Source: Bacilli bacterium (GTDB lineage: Bacteria > Bacillota_I > Bacilli_A > RF39 > UBA660). From it: a DNA stretch of 64,000 bases. The stretch covers positions 1,312 to 65,311 of the forward strand of contig JAFWKJ010000018.1 in NCBI GenBank assembly GCA_017511375.1, given 5' to 3'. The notes below the pieces were generated by a model. That model saw only the letters and a list, made by a program, of their open reading frames with translations. It was not told the DNA's origin and ran no database searches. How positions within the stretch are numbered: the stretch's first letter is position 1; the number at the start of each line of letters is the position of its first letter. Positions 48,538-58,517 of the stretch are shown here, piece by piece. The translations under genes and the position numbers were made by a program.

Positions 48538-50250
48538 GTGCAAGGACAATTTCTGATTATTGGTTCTGTCATAGCTCTAAGCTTAGTGATTGTTGTTGTA
48601 ATACTTCACTTCGTAAAAAAAGCTGAAACGAAGTTTTATAAAAACGCATTAAAAAAATTAGAAATAGAGCGAAATCAAATTGCTTCTACTCCTGTATTAC
48701 TTGAATTATCAAAGGTTGAACCTATTATTAAAAATGATAAGATGGAAGAAAAATATACAGAGTGGCAAGATAAATTTGTATATATAAAAGAAAAACGATT
48801 ATCTGTGATCGATGATATGTTAATCGATTTGGATGTTTATGTTGAGAAAAGAGATTATAAGGCATGTGTTGTACGAATTGCTAAAACAGAGATTGAATTA
48901 TATAAGGTTCGTGAGTCGGCAGAACACTTGCTGGATGAAATTAAAGATATTACATTGAGTGAAGAAAAGTATCGTGCTATTGTTATTAAATTGAAATCTA
49001 AATATAGAGCTTTAGCCAAAGAATATAATGAGCATAAAGAATTATATGGTATTATGCAAGAAGCTGTAGAATTACAGTTAGAAAACATTGAAAAAAGGTT
49101 CCTTGACTTTGAAAAAGTAATGGAAACAAATGATTATAATGAAGTGGTTCATATTTGTAAAGCTCTTGATAATATGATTGATCATATGGATATTTTGATT
49201 AAAGAGTTACCAGATGTTCTCCTTATGATTAATACCGTAATTCCAAATCGTATGAATGAAGTTCTTTCTACTTATAATGATATGGTAGAAAAAGGTTTTG
49301 TACTTGATTATTTAAATATTAATTATAATATTGAAGAATCTAAAAAGAACTTGGAGAGAATTCTTGATAAAGTAAAGGTTATTAACCTTGAAGGATGCAT
49401 GTTTGATTTAAAAACTATGCTTGAGTATTATGATTCTTTATTTATTGATTTTGAAAAAGAAAGATTATCTAGAAAAGTTTATGAGGAAGTTTCTAAGGAT
49501 TTTTCTAAGAGACTTGATAAAACAAATAAACTTGTTAGTGATGTTTATGAACAATTGGATGATATTAAGAACATGTATGACTTAGAAGATGAAGATGTTA
49601 GTATTATCCATGAAGTAAATAAGATTCTTGTTGTTATTAATGATGACTATAAAAAGATGGTTCAAAAAGAAGAAGCAAAGTCTTGTCCATACTCTATGTT
49701 AAATGAAGAAGTTGAGAAATTAACAAATCGTTTAGCAAGTATGGAAGGGGATTTTGATCAAGCTTTAAAATCACTTGGAAATATGTATGATGATGAAGTT
49801 CGTGCTAGAGAACAATTAGAAGAGATTCAAGGCTTTTTAAAGAATTGTAAGAATCAAATTCGTGCTTATAAATTACCAGTTATTACGAATAATTATTTTG
49901 TTCAACTAGATGAAGCAAATGAAGCAATTGTAGAAGTGATTCATGAATTAGATCAAAAACCAATTGTCATTAAGACATTAAATACAAGAGTAGATACAGC
50001 AAGAGATTTGGTTTTAAAATTATATAATACTACGAATGATATGATTCATAGTGCAGAGTTGGCAGAGAGATGTATTGTTTATTTGAATCGTTTTCGTTCC
50101 TCATTCGATGGAGTTGATCAATGTTTAGAAGATGCCGAAGAAAAGTTTAATAGAGGGGATTATAAAGATGCGTTGGATTGTTCCATAAAGGCTACGTCTT
50201 TTATTGATGATAATATATATAGAAAGTTGGTTGATTTAAATGAAAAATAA
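48538..50250 (+). CDS. ezrA: Septation ring formation regulator EzrA
   Basis: N-terminal TM, long spectrin-like helices, C-terminal I.YLNRFR (QNR patch); position next to rpsD. Confidence 0.92.
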   Translation: MQGQFLIIGSVIALSLVIVVVILHFVKKAETKFYKNALKKLEIERNQIASTPVLLELSKVEPIIKNDKMEEKYTEWQDKFVYIKEKRLSVIDDMLIDLDVYVEKRDYKACVVRIAKTEIELYKVRESAEHLLDEIKDITLSEEKYRAIVIKLKSKYRALAKEYNEHKELYGIMQEAVELQLENIEKRFLDFEKVMETNDYNEVVHICKALDNMIDHMDILIKELPDVLLMINTVIPNRMNEVLSTYNDMVEKGFVLDYLNINYNIEESKKNLERILDKVKVINLEGCMFDLKTMLEYYDSLFIDFEKERLSRKVYEEVSKDFSKRLDKTNKLVSDVYEQLDDIKNMYDLEDEDVSIIHEVNKILVVINDDYKKMVQKEEAKSCPYSMLNEEVEKLTNRLASMEGDFDQALKSLGNMYDDEVRAREQLEEIQGFLKNCKNQIRAYKLPVITNNYFVQLDEANEAIVEVIHELDQKPIVIKTLNTRVDTARDLVLKLYNTTNDMIHSAELAERCIVYLNRFRSSFDGVDQCLEDAEEKFNRGDYKDALDCSIKATSFIDDNIYRKLVDLNEK

Positions 50251-50860
50251 TATGGGATTTGGAAAATTTGAAGTTTTAACAATGATTGTTATCTTGATGG
50301 GAATCTTTTCTTTCATCGGATATACAGTGATTCAAGGTGCTAATAATCAAAAACTTACAACGATGAAAAAGAGTGGAGTGGCATTTTCAAATGCAGTTTC
50401 CACCAATATAGATTCTTTTCATTATACGAATGTGGTTTATTTAAAAGAAGCTATTGATGAAAGAGTTATTTCTAATATCAAGAATCCATTTGGTGGAGGA
50501 TATTGTGATGCTACGCAATCTAGAGTAGATTTAGAAGGTGGAAATACATATACTACTTTAAAATGTGGGGAGTATTTAATTGAGAAGTCTTCTTTTAATG
50601 ATATGAAAGCAGTAGATGTATATAAGGTATCTGAATGGTCTCTTTCAAAACCTGAAGGGGATGAGATTGAGGAAAGAGAATTATACAATTGCGAGGAAAA
50701 TGGAGAAGAAGTATTTGATCAATATTATGATGAATTGTTATTTGTTTATGAATATAATAAACAATATGGAACCGATGTCTATTTTGCAAAAGACATAAAA
50801 GGTGGTTCTTGTGATGTTGTTTCAAAAACCTTCTATCGTACTCATGTAAAAGAAAAATAA
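50240..50860 (+). CDS. Hypothetical protein with type IV prepilin-like N-terminus
   Basis: MKNNMG|FGKFE followed by a hydrophobic helix; four Cys in the globular part. Confidence 0.6.
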   Translation: MKNNMGFGKFEVLTMIVILMGIFSFIGYTVIQGANNQKLTTMKKSGVAFSNAVSTNIDSFHYTNVVYLKEAIDERVISNIKNPFGGGYCDATQSRVDLEGGNTYTTLKCGEYLIEKSSFNDMKAVDVYKVSEWSLSKPEGDEIEERELYNCEENGEEVFDQYYDELLFVYEYNKQYGTDVYFAKDIKGGSCDVVSKTFYRTHVKEK

Positions 50861-50930
50861 GTCGAAAGACTTTTTTTTGGTGGATATTTATCTATGGATG
50901 TGATAGAATTAGGCATGTTGGAGGTGTCCT

Positions 50931-52115
50931 ATGAAACGAGTTATTTTAATTAAATATGGAGAATTATCTACCAAAAAGGGGAATCGTAACTACTTTATAA
51001 ATACTCTTCATCGTATGATTTCTGATAAACTTAAAAATTATTCAGTCAAGATTCATAAAGATAGAGCTCGTATGACTATTTTGTTTGATGAGAAAGATTT
51101 ACCTCAGATTCAAAACATTATTAATAAAATATTTGGTATTCATACTTATCATATTGCGACGGTTTGTGATTCAGATAATGAGGTAATTCAAAAGACTTTG
51201 TTGGAAATGATTCAGAAAGAGGCGTTTTCTACTTTTAAGATAGATGTGAAACGTTGTGATAAGAGTTTCCCTATTCCTAGTCAAGATTATAATCGTGTAT
51301 TAGGAGGCTTATTATTAAAAAATATTCCTAATATTTCTGTGGATGTTCATCATCCTGATTTATGGATTCATGTTGAGATACGAGAAGATTCTACTTATAT
51401 TTATCATAATTCTTTTGAAGGTTGTGGGGGTTATCCTGTTGGAACACAAGCTCGAGGTATGTTGATGTTAAGTGGAGGAATTGATTCTCCTGTCGCTGGC
51501 TATCTTGCGATGAAAAGAGGAGTAGAGATAGATGCTGTCTATTTTGAAGCGATTCCGCATACAAGTTTAGAAGCTAGAAATAAAGTAATTGCTTTATGTA
51601 AAAAGCTATCTTTTTATACAGATATGATTCACTTACATATTGTGAATTTTACAAAAATACAGGAAAGTATTTATCAGTATTGTAGGGATGATTACTGTAT
51701 TACGATTATGAGAAGAATGATGTATCGAATTATGGAAAAACTTGCGAAACAACATAATGCGTATGTCATAATTAATGGAGAAAGTATCGGACAAGTTGCC
51801 AGTCAAACACTTACCAGTATGTCTGTTATTAATAGTGTTACCAATATGCCTGTTATTCGTCCTGTTGCGTGTTTAGATAAATTAGAGATTATTGATCTTG
51901 CGAGAAAGATTGATACTTATGAGACAAGTATTCTTCCTTTTGAGGATTGCTGTACTATCTTTGTTCCAAAACACCCGGTTATTAATCCAAGGATGGATAT
52001 CTGTGTGGAAGAAGAGAATAAGTTTGATTATTCTTCTATGATAGAGGAAGCTGTTTCTTCTATGAATACGGTTAATGTCTCTTCTGAAGAAGATGAATTT
52101 CATGACTTTTTATAG
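50931..52115 (+). CDS. thiI: tRNA 4-thiouridine synthase ThiI
   Basis: IKYGEL..K..NR, THUMP domain, SGGIDSPVA, GES.GQVASQT and EDCC motifs. Confidence 0.97.
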   Translation: MKRVILIKYGELSTKKGNRNYFINTLHRMISDKLKNYSVKIHKDRARMTILFDEKDLPQIQNIINKIFGIHTYHIATVCDSDNEVIQKTLLEMIQKEAFSTFKIDVKRCDKSFPIPSQDYNRVLGGLLLKNIPNISVDVHHPDLWIHVEIREDSTYIYHNSFEGCGGYPVGTQARGMLMLSGGIDSPVAGYLAMKRGVEIDAVYFEAIPHTSLEARNKVIALCKKLSFYTDMIHLHIVNFTKIQESIYQYCRDDYCITIMRRMMYRIMEKLAKQHNAYVIINGESIGQVASQTLTSMSVINSVTNMPVIRPVACLDKLEIIDLARKIDTYETSILPFEDCCTIFVPKHPVINPRMDICVEEENKFDYSSMIEEAVSSMNTVNVSSEEDEFHDFL

Positions 52116-52143
52116 TATAAAAAACTGATTTGCCTCCAAACTA
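52115..52143 (+). promoter_or_regulatory. SigmaG-like promoter of the SASP gene
   Basis: GTATA-17 nt-CAAACTA. Confidence 0.65.
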
Positions 52144-52162
52144 TTATTAGGAGGTGAATAAT

Positions 52163-52384
52163 ATGGCTCGTAAGAAAAAGAGTAATACAAAGGCTTCTAC
52201 GAAAATGAAAGCACCTGGTGTTAAAAAGTCTGTTGATAATATGAAATACGAAATTGCGAACGAATTTGGTGTTCGTTTAGGTGCAAATGCTACTAGTCGT
52301 GATAATGGAATCGTTGGTGGTGAAATGACAAAAAGACTAGTTGCGAATGGAAAAAGTAGTAAGAAATCTAAAAATAGTAAATAA
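52163..52384 (+). CDS. Alpha/beta-type small acid-soluble spore protein
   Basis: MKYEIANEFGV.LG...TSR.NG.VGGEMTKRLV signature; thiI-ssp synteny. Confidence 0.95.
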   Translation: MARKKKSNTKASTKMKAPGVKKSVDNMKYEIANEFGVRLGANATSRDNGIVGGEMTKRLVANGKSSKKSKNSK

Positions 52385-52486
52385 TGATAAAAAGATAGAT
52401 TTTTTCATCTATCTTTTCTTTTGTCTTTATTGACTTTTTCTTTTATCTTTGGTATTTTAAGTGTATCGTGAAAAGGAGATTAATTT

Positions 52487-53686
52487 ATGAAGTTTTTATG
52501 TGTGAATGCAGGTAGTAGTTCCTTAAAATTTCAATTATTTGAAATGCCTGAAGAAAAAGTGTTAATAAGTGGATATATTGAGAAAATTGGTCTAGAAGAC
52601 AGTTTTTGGAATACGAAAGTAAATGGAGAAAAAGTAAAGAAAGCTAAGTATTTAAAGAATCATAAAGAAGCAGTTCAAGTATTATTAGATGAGTTAATTG
52701 AACATAATGCTGTTAAGTCTTTAGATGAGATTAAAGGTGTAGGACATAGAGTTTTACATGGAGGAGAAAAATATAGTGATTCTATTATTATTACGGATGA
52801 AGTCATTGAAGATATTCGTGAGTTGACGAAATTAGGACCTCTTCATCATCCAGGTAATTTGGCTGGTATTGAAGCTTTAAAAGAAGTTTTACCTGATGTT
52901 CCAATGGTTGCTGTTTATGATACAGCTTTCCATCAAACGATGCCAGTTAAGAATTATATGTATCCAGTTCCTTATGAATGGTATACCAGATATGGAGTAC
53001 GTAAGTATGGATTCCATGGAACTAGTCATAAATATATTACGACTGTCATGAAGGAAAAATTAGGAAAAGAAGATGTGAATTTAATTATTTGTCATATTGG
53101 TAGTGGAGCTAGTATTAGTGCGATTAAAGAGGGTAAATGTTATGATACTACGATGGGTCTTACGCCACTTGATGGTTTAATGATGGGTACTCGTTGTGGG
53201 GCAATTGATCCTTCTATCTTAGAATATGTTTGTAAAGAATCTGATGCAACGATTAGTGATATTACCAATGATTTAAATAAGAAGAGTGGTCTTCTTGGTA
53301 TTTCAGGATTTAGTGATGCTAGAGATGTAGAAGATGCTGTTGCTAAAGGGGATGAGAGAGCTATTCTTGCTAATACAATGTATAATGATAGAGTGGCTAA
53401 ATATATTGCGGATTATTTCATTGAACTTGAAGGAAAAGTAGATGCCATTGTCTTCACGGCTGGTGTAGGAGAAAATGGTGTTTTAGCAAGAGCGGATATT
53501 CTTGCAAGACTTGCTCCACTTGGTATTGTTGTAGATGACAAAGCAAATGGAGAAATTGCTAGTTTTAAAGAAAAACATGAAGGTATTATTACAACTAAGA
53601 AATCTAAAATACCTGTTTGGGTTGTTCCAACAAATGAAGAATTAATGATTATTAAAGATACATACGAAATCGTATGTGGAAAATAA
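52487..53686 (+). CDS. ackA: Acetate kinase (copy 1)
   Basis: NAGSSSLK, GHRVLHGG, DTAFH, YGFHGTSH and TNEE motifs. Confidence 0.95.
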   Translation: MKFLCVNAGSSSLKFQLFEMPEEKVLISGYIEKIGLEDSFWNTKVNGEKVKKAKYLKNHKEAVQVLLDELIEHNAVKSLDEIKGVGHRVLHGGEKYSDSIIITDEVIEDIRELTKLGPLHHPGNLAGIEALKEVLPDVPMVAVYDTAFHQTMPVKNYMYPVPYEWYTRYGVRKYGFHGTSHKYITTVMKEKLGKEDVNLIICHIGSGASISAIKEGKCYDTTMGLTPLDGLMMGTRCGAIDPSILEYVCKESDATISDITNDLNKKSGLLGISGFSDARDVEDAVAKGDERAILANTMYNDRVAKYIADYFIELEGKVDAIVFTAGVGENGVLARADILARLAPLGIVVDDKANGEIASFKEKHEGIITTKKSKIPVWVVPTNEELMIIKDTYEIVCGK

Positions 53687-53789
53687 AGCTCAATTGAGCT
53701 TTTTTTATTGTCAATTGACGGGTTCATTTTTGTTGTTTCATTGACTTTCTATTATTTCGATTGTTTAATGATAATAGAAGGTGTAGTTT

Positions 53790-54806
53790 ATGAATATACT
53801 AGTTATAGCAGCCATAATTCCGGTTTTTGCTTTATGTTCTTTTATCTATTATAAAGATAAGAATAAAGAACCTCCGAAATTGTTGGCGCTTATATTTTTT
53901 TTGGGATTTGTTTCTGTTTTTCCTATCTTGATATGTGAATCCTTATTTAATTATTTTTTTCCATTAAAAGAAGCGCATGGTCTAGTTCAAGTGTTTTTAA
54001 CGGTATTGTTTGGGGTTGCTTTATTTGAAGAGGGCTTTAAATGGTTAATATCTAAATATGTGGGATATCATAATAAAGAATTTGATGAAATCTTTGATAT
54101 TATTGTTTATTCTGTATTTGCTTCTCTAGGTTTCGCTTGTTTTGAAAATGTCATGTATGTATTGAGTAATGGATTGGGAAATGCTTTTTTAAGAGCTATC
54201 CTTGCGGTTCCAGGACATACTTGTTTTGCTATTACGATGGGATACTTTTTATCGAAAGCGAAAGTGGGTCAAATCAATGGGAATCATGAAATCTATGTGA
54301 GAAATACGATATTGAGTATTGTAGTTCCTATGATTTTACATACTTTTTATGATAGTTTGTTGTTGGTTGTGAATAATAACATTTTGGAGATGTTTCCTTT
54401 TTATATCTTTTTCATCATCATGATTATTGTTTGTTTTATAACCGTTGATAATACGGCAAGAATTCAACAAAACTTATCTGCTAATATAGCGAGTGGAAGT
54501 ATTGTTCAAAATGATCAGGGTGTTTTGTATTACAACTATCAAAGTACGCCTGTACCTGTTGTTCCTGTTAGCAATGTGAGATATGTGGGGCAACCTACGA
54601 TGGTTAATCCAATTCCAACCTATCCTCCAGCAAATGCGGTTTCTCCGGTTGCGCAAGCAGCTGTTCCGAATTCTAATACTTTGCAGCCTTCGGAGGCTAA
54701 TCCACAAACGAATCCATTGTTTAAAGAATTGTCTTTTTGTCCTATTTGTGGAAAACCTGCTAAAGGGTTAAACTATTGTGGAAGATGTGGTTTCAAGTTA
54801 AAGTAG
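53790..54806 (+). CDS. PrsW family intramembrane metalloprotease with P-rich linker and C-terminal zinc ribbon
   Basis: D...EP, EE..K, LGFA..EN..Y, PGH and LH..YD motifs; CPICG...CGRCG. Confidence 0.9.
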   Translation: MNILVIAAIIPVFALCSFIYYKDKNKEPPKLLALIFFLGFVSVFPILICESLFNYFFPLKEAHGLVQVFLTVLFGVALFEEGFKWLISKYVGYHNKEFDEIFDIIVYSVFASLGFACFENVMYVLSNGLGNAFLRAILAVPGHTCFAITMGYFLSKAKVGQINGNHEIYVRNTILSIVVPMILHTFYDSLLLVVNNNILEMFPFYIFFIIMIIVCFITVDNTARIQQNLSANIASGSIVQNDQGVLYYNYQSTPVPVVPVSNVRYVGQPTMVNPIPTYPPANAVSPVAQAAVPNSNTLQPSEANPQTNPLFKELSFCPICGKPAKGLNYCGRCGFKLK

Positions 54807-54875
54807 CTATTGCTACTTTTTTTATTTGGTGGTTTATAGTATAATAATAATATATTTAAAGAAAGAGGGAGTACA

Positions 54876-56060
54876 ATGAAAATAATCTCTATTAATGCAG
54901 GAAGTAGTTCTTTAAAATTTAGTTTGTTTGAGATGACAGACGAAAGTGTATTGATATCTGGAGCTTTCGAAAGAATTGGTTCTGATGGTAGTTGTTATAC
55001 CATTAAATATAATGGTCAAAAGATAACGGAAGAGGTTTCTTTAGAAACACATACAGATGCTGTTAAGATTTTATTAGATAAATTAGTTGCTTTGGAAGTG
55101 ATTCGTTCTTTAGATGAAATCAAAGGGGTAGGACATAGAATCGTACATGGGGGAAGTAAGTATTCAGAATCTGTTTTTGTGACAAATCAAGTAATGGATG
55201 ATATTGAAGAGTGCAAAGATTTCGCTCCCTTACATAATCCAGCTCATTTATTAGGAATTAAGGCATTTAGAGAAGTATTACCTGATACGCCTATGGTTGT
55301 TGTATTTGATACTGCTTTCCATCAAACGATGGATGAGGTTACTTATTTATATCCGGTTCCTTATCATTGGTGTGGAGATTATGGTGTTCGTAAATATGGA
55401 GCTCATGGGACAAGCCATCGCTACATTACAAATGTTGTAAAAGACATCCTTCAAAAGGAGGATTTCAAATTAATTAGTTGTCATATTGGAAATGGTGGTT
55501 CTATTACAGCTATTAAAAATATGAAATGTGTTGATACGAGTATGGGATTTACTCCTTTAGCAGGTATTATGATGGGTACTCGTTCGGGAGATGTTGATCC
55601 TTCTATTATTCCTTATGTGATGGAAAAAGAAGGAAAGAATGCAAGTGAAGTCCTTGATGATTTAAATAAACGTAGTGGTGTATTTGGAATGAGTGAATAT
55701 AGCCACGATTTAAGAGATATCGTTTCAAAATGCGAGGGAAATGATCCGAAAGCAATTTTGGCAAAAGATAAATATGTTCGTAGAATTGTAGATTATATTT
55801 CTCAATACTATGTGTTATTGGAAGGCTGTGACTTAATTGTCTTCACGGCAGGAGTAGGGGAGAACAACTCTGTAATTCGTAAGGAGGTTTGTGAAAAGCT
55901 TGCTTGCTTAGGAGTTGAGATTGATTTAGAGAAAAATGCTGTACGAGGAGAAACTCAAAAAATTAGTACTGATCAATCTAAAATAGATGTTTATGTAATT
56001 CCTACGGATGAGGAATTGATGATTGCAAGAGATACTCTTGAACTAATAAAGAATAGATAG
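54876..56060 (+). CDS. ackA: Acetate kinase (copy 2)
   Basis: NAGSSSLK, GHRIVHGG, APLHN, YGAHGTSH and TDEE motifs. Confidence 0.95.
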   Translation: MKIISINAGSSSLKFSLFEMTDESVLISGAFERIGSDGSCYTIKYNGQKITEEVSLETHTDAVKILLDKLVALEVIRSLDEIKGVGHRIVHGGSKYSESVFVTNQVMDDIEECKDFAPLHNPAHLLGIKAFREVLPDTPMVVVFDTAFHQTMDEVTYLYPVPYHWCGDYGVRKYGAHGTSHRYITNVVKDILQKEDFKLISCHIGNGGSITAIKNMKCVDTSMGFTPLAGIMMGTRSGDVDPSIIPYVMEKEGKNASEVLDDLNKRSGVFGMSEYSHDLRDIVSKCEGNDPKAILAKDKYVRRIVDYISQYYVLLEGCDLIVFTAGVGENNSVIRKEVCEKLACLGVEIDLEKNAVRGETQKISTDQSKIDVYVIPTDEELMIARDTLELIKNR

Positions 56061-56070
56061 GAAATGATTC

Positions 56071-57009
56071 ATGTATAATGATGTTATAAAAAAAATAAAG
56101 GAATATGATACGATTGTAATTGCAAGACATGTGGGGGTAGATCCTGATGCTTTATGCAGTCAACTGGCTTTAAGAGATTCAATTTTACTTACTTATCCAG
56201 AAAAGAAGGTTCTTTCTATTGGAACAGGGAGTAGTAAGTTTTTGAATTTTGGTAAGTTAGATCGACTTGAAAAGGTGGAAAATGCATTACTTATCGTTTT
56301 AGATACACCTGATAAGAGAAGGGTTGATAGTTTAGATTTTAATCAAGGATCTTATACGATTAAGATTGATCATCATCCCTTTGTGGAAAAGTTCTGTGAT
56401 TTAGAAATTGTGGAAGATGATAAATCTTCTACTTGTGAGATCATATTAAATTTGATTTTTTCTACAGAATTACAATGTAATGATTCTATTGCGGAACTTT
56501 TATATATGGGAATTGTATCTGATTCTAATCGCTTTTTGTTTAATAGTTGTGGGGCTGATACCTTTTTGTCTGTTTCTAAACTACTAAGTCAATATTCGAT
56601 TGATTTAGCCAAAACGTACGAAAAACTTTATTTGAGGCCATTAAATGAAGTACGATTAGAGGGATATATTTCTCTTAATATGAAAGTTACTCCTAATGGA
56701 CTTGGTTATGTTATTATTAATGATGAGATTATTAATCAACTTGAAGTAGATAGCGCTTCTGCGGGAAATATGGTTAATAATTATAATTATATTAAAGAAG
56801 TATTGGTATGGGCTACGATAACGGAAGATATTAAAAATAATCAATACCGTGTATCCATTCGTTCTCGAGGTCCAGAAATCAATAGAATTGCTGAAAATCA
56901 CAATGGTGGAGGGCATAAGTATGCTTGTGGAGTTAAAACAAAATCATTGGATGAGGCAATTTCAATTATGAAGGATTTAGATTTATTACTACAAAATTAT
57001 AAGTCTTAG
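56071..57009 (+). CDS. nrnA: DHH-DHHA1 nanoRNase / pAp phosphatase NrnA
   Basis: RH...DPDA, LD, IDHH, GIVSD..RF and GGGH..A.G motifs. Confidence 0.92.
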   Translation: MYNDVIKKIKEYDTIVIARHVGVDPDALCSQLALRDSILLTYPEKKVLSIGTGSSKFLNFGKLDRLEKVENALLIVLDTPDKRRVDSLDFNQGSYTIKIDHHPFVEKFCDLEIVEDDKSSTCEIILNLIFSTELQCNDSIAELLYMGIVSDSNRFLFNSCGADTFLSVSKLLSQYSIDLAKTYEKLYLRPLNEVRLEGYISLNMKVTPNGLGYVIINDEIINQLEVDSASAGNMVNNYNYIKEVLVWATITEDIKNNQYRVSIRSRGPEINRIAENHNGGGHKYACGVKTKSLDEAISIMKDLDLLLQNYKS

Positions 57010-57024
57010 GATGAAGGTGATTTT

Positions 57025-57612
57025 ATGGTTATTAAGGAAGCTAATTTAGATGTTATTGCTACTCGTAGAAGTCAATATCCTGATGATGGGAAACCAGAAT
57101 TCTTATTAGTAGGTAGAAGTAATGTTGGTAAAAGTAGTTTTATTAATACAATTTTGTCTAGGCATAATTTAGCTTATATTTCCTCAAAGCCTGGAAAGAC
57201 ACAAACTTTAAATTTTTATGCAGTGAATAATCAATTCTATTTGATTGATGTTCCTGGTTATGGATATGCTAGTACAGACAAAAAAACACAAACAAAGTTT
57301 GGCTTGATGATTGAAGAATATTTAGAGAAGAGAACTGAATTAAAAAGAGTTTTCTTACTTATTGATTTTCGTCATGGACCTACGGAAGATGATATGTTGA
57401 TGTATAATTTCTTAAAATATTATAATCTTCCTGTTACGGTGATTGCGACTAAGGCAGATAAAGTAGGGGGAAGTAAAAAAGAAAAGAATTTGAAGGATAT
57501 TCTTCGTGCGATGGATTTAGCTGTGGGAGATGATTTTGTAGTCTTCTCTAGTGTTACTAAATTAGGAGTAAAAGAGGTTCTAAAAAAGATTGAAGATATT
57601 ATTATGGAATAG
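57025..57612 (+). CDS. engB: Ribosome biogenesis GTPase YsxC/EngB
   Basis: GRSNVGKSS, PGKT, DVPGYGYA and TKADK motifs. Confidence 0.97.
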   Translation: MVIKEANLDVIATRRSQYPDDGKPEFLLVGRSNVGKSSFINTILSRHNLAYISSKPGKTQTLNFYAVNNQFYLIDVPGYGYASTDKKTQTKFGLMIEEYLEKRTELKRVFLLIDFRHGPTEDDMLMYNFLKYYNLPVTVIATKADKVGGSKKEKNLKDILRAMDLAVGDDFVVFSSVTKLGVKEVLKKIEDIIME

Positions 57613-57629
57613 TATCTTTATGTGAGAAG

Positions 57630-58346
57630 GTGATTTTCTTGAGCTCGAGAAAAAAATTATTGTATATTTTTGGTTTTATTATATTAGATGCTTTTTTATT
57701 AGTAGGGTTTCTTGTGATTCGAGATGCTACTTCTATTAATAAATTAAAGAAAGAAATTAATGAATTAACAAAATTAGATGTTACAAGTGATCGCTTTAAT
57801 CGTAGTATTCAAACTTCTGGTAAATATGCCGTTGTGGAAGAATCCATTAAAGATTATCTAGATGGGTATGCGATTGAAGTACAAGACCTTGGAACCCTTA
57901 TTCATGATCCAAAACTAACGAAGGTTTTATCCTATGAGAATTATGAAAAAGATGGACCAGAGTTTAATGAATCGATTGCTTATTTGGAGGAATCTAGAGA
58001 ACTTTTTAATGATAAGATTGATGGGTTATTATATGATTTAGAAGAAGAACAGATTATGAATCATATTCATGAACGTATTGATGATTCATACTATGTAGGG
58101 TTATATCAAGACTTGATGTTTGATGATAGTATGAAGGGGGAACTTGATCAATCTAAGGAATTGTTTCAAAGAACAAGAACGAAAATGAATAATATCTATG
58201 ATAGTAGTTTAGAGGTGTTAAATTTCTTAAAAACTTATCAAGGTTCTTGGGAATTAGATAATGGTACCATTAAATTTCAAAATGATGAGTTGTTGGAGTA
58301 CTATAATTCTTTAGTTTCAAAAGTAGAAGTTAGAAAAGATGAGTAA
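57630..58346 (+). CDS. Hypothetical membrane-anchored helical protein
   Basis: N-terminal TM, 238 aa ORF; ends in the bidirectional terminator AAAAGATGA-GTAA-TCATCTTTT. Confidence 0.7.
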   Translation: MIFLSSRKKLLYIFGFIILDAFLLVGFLVIRDATSINKLKKEINELTKLDVTSDRFNRSIQTSGKYAVVEESIKDYLDGYAIEVQDLGTLIHDPKLTKVLSYENYEKDGPEFNESIAYLEESRELFNDKIDGLLYDLEEEQIMNHIHERIDDSYYVGLYQDLMFDDSMKGELDQSKELFQRTRTKMNNIYDSSLEVLNFLKTYQGSWELDNGTIKFQNDELLEYYNSLVSKVEVRKDE

Positions 58347-58355
58347 TCATCTTTT

Positions 58356-58434
58356 TTATATTACAATGGTAATTACATTATTACTTCCTTTATTAATAAC
58401 TCTTGTGAGTGTATTATGTAGTTTGAATCTTATG
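58356..58434 (-). repeat. Displaced copy of the spoIVA 3' end (direct repeat, copy A)
   Basis: 70/79 nt identical to 59702-59780; reads IRFKLHNTLTRVINKGSNNVITIVI* in frame. Confidence 0.95.
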
Positions 58435-58517
58435 AAATGGTAAATGTTCATAAAAGAAATATTATTTCGGGCAATCAAATCTAAAAAAATTTGATATAAT
58501 TAGTATAGGTGGTAGGT

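Noticed and set aside
58356-58434. Independent spoIVA pseudogene or a skin-like interruption that inactivates spoIVA
   Set aside because: Only 79 bp is duplicated and spoIVA is full length, so excision is not needed for function.
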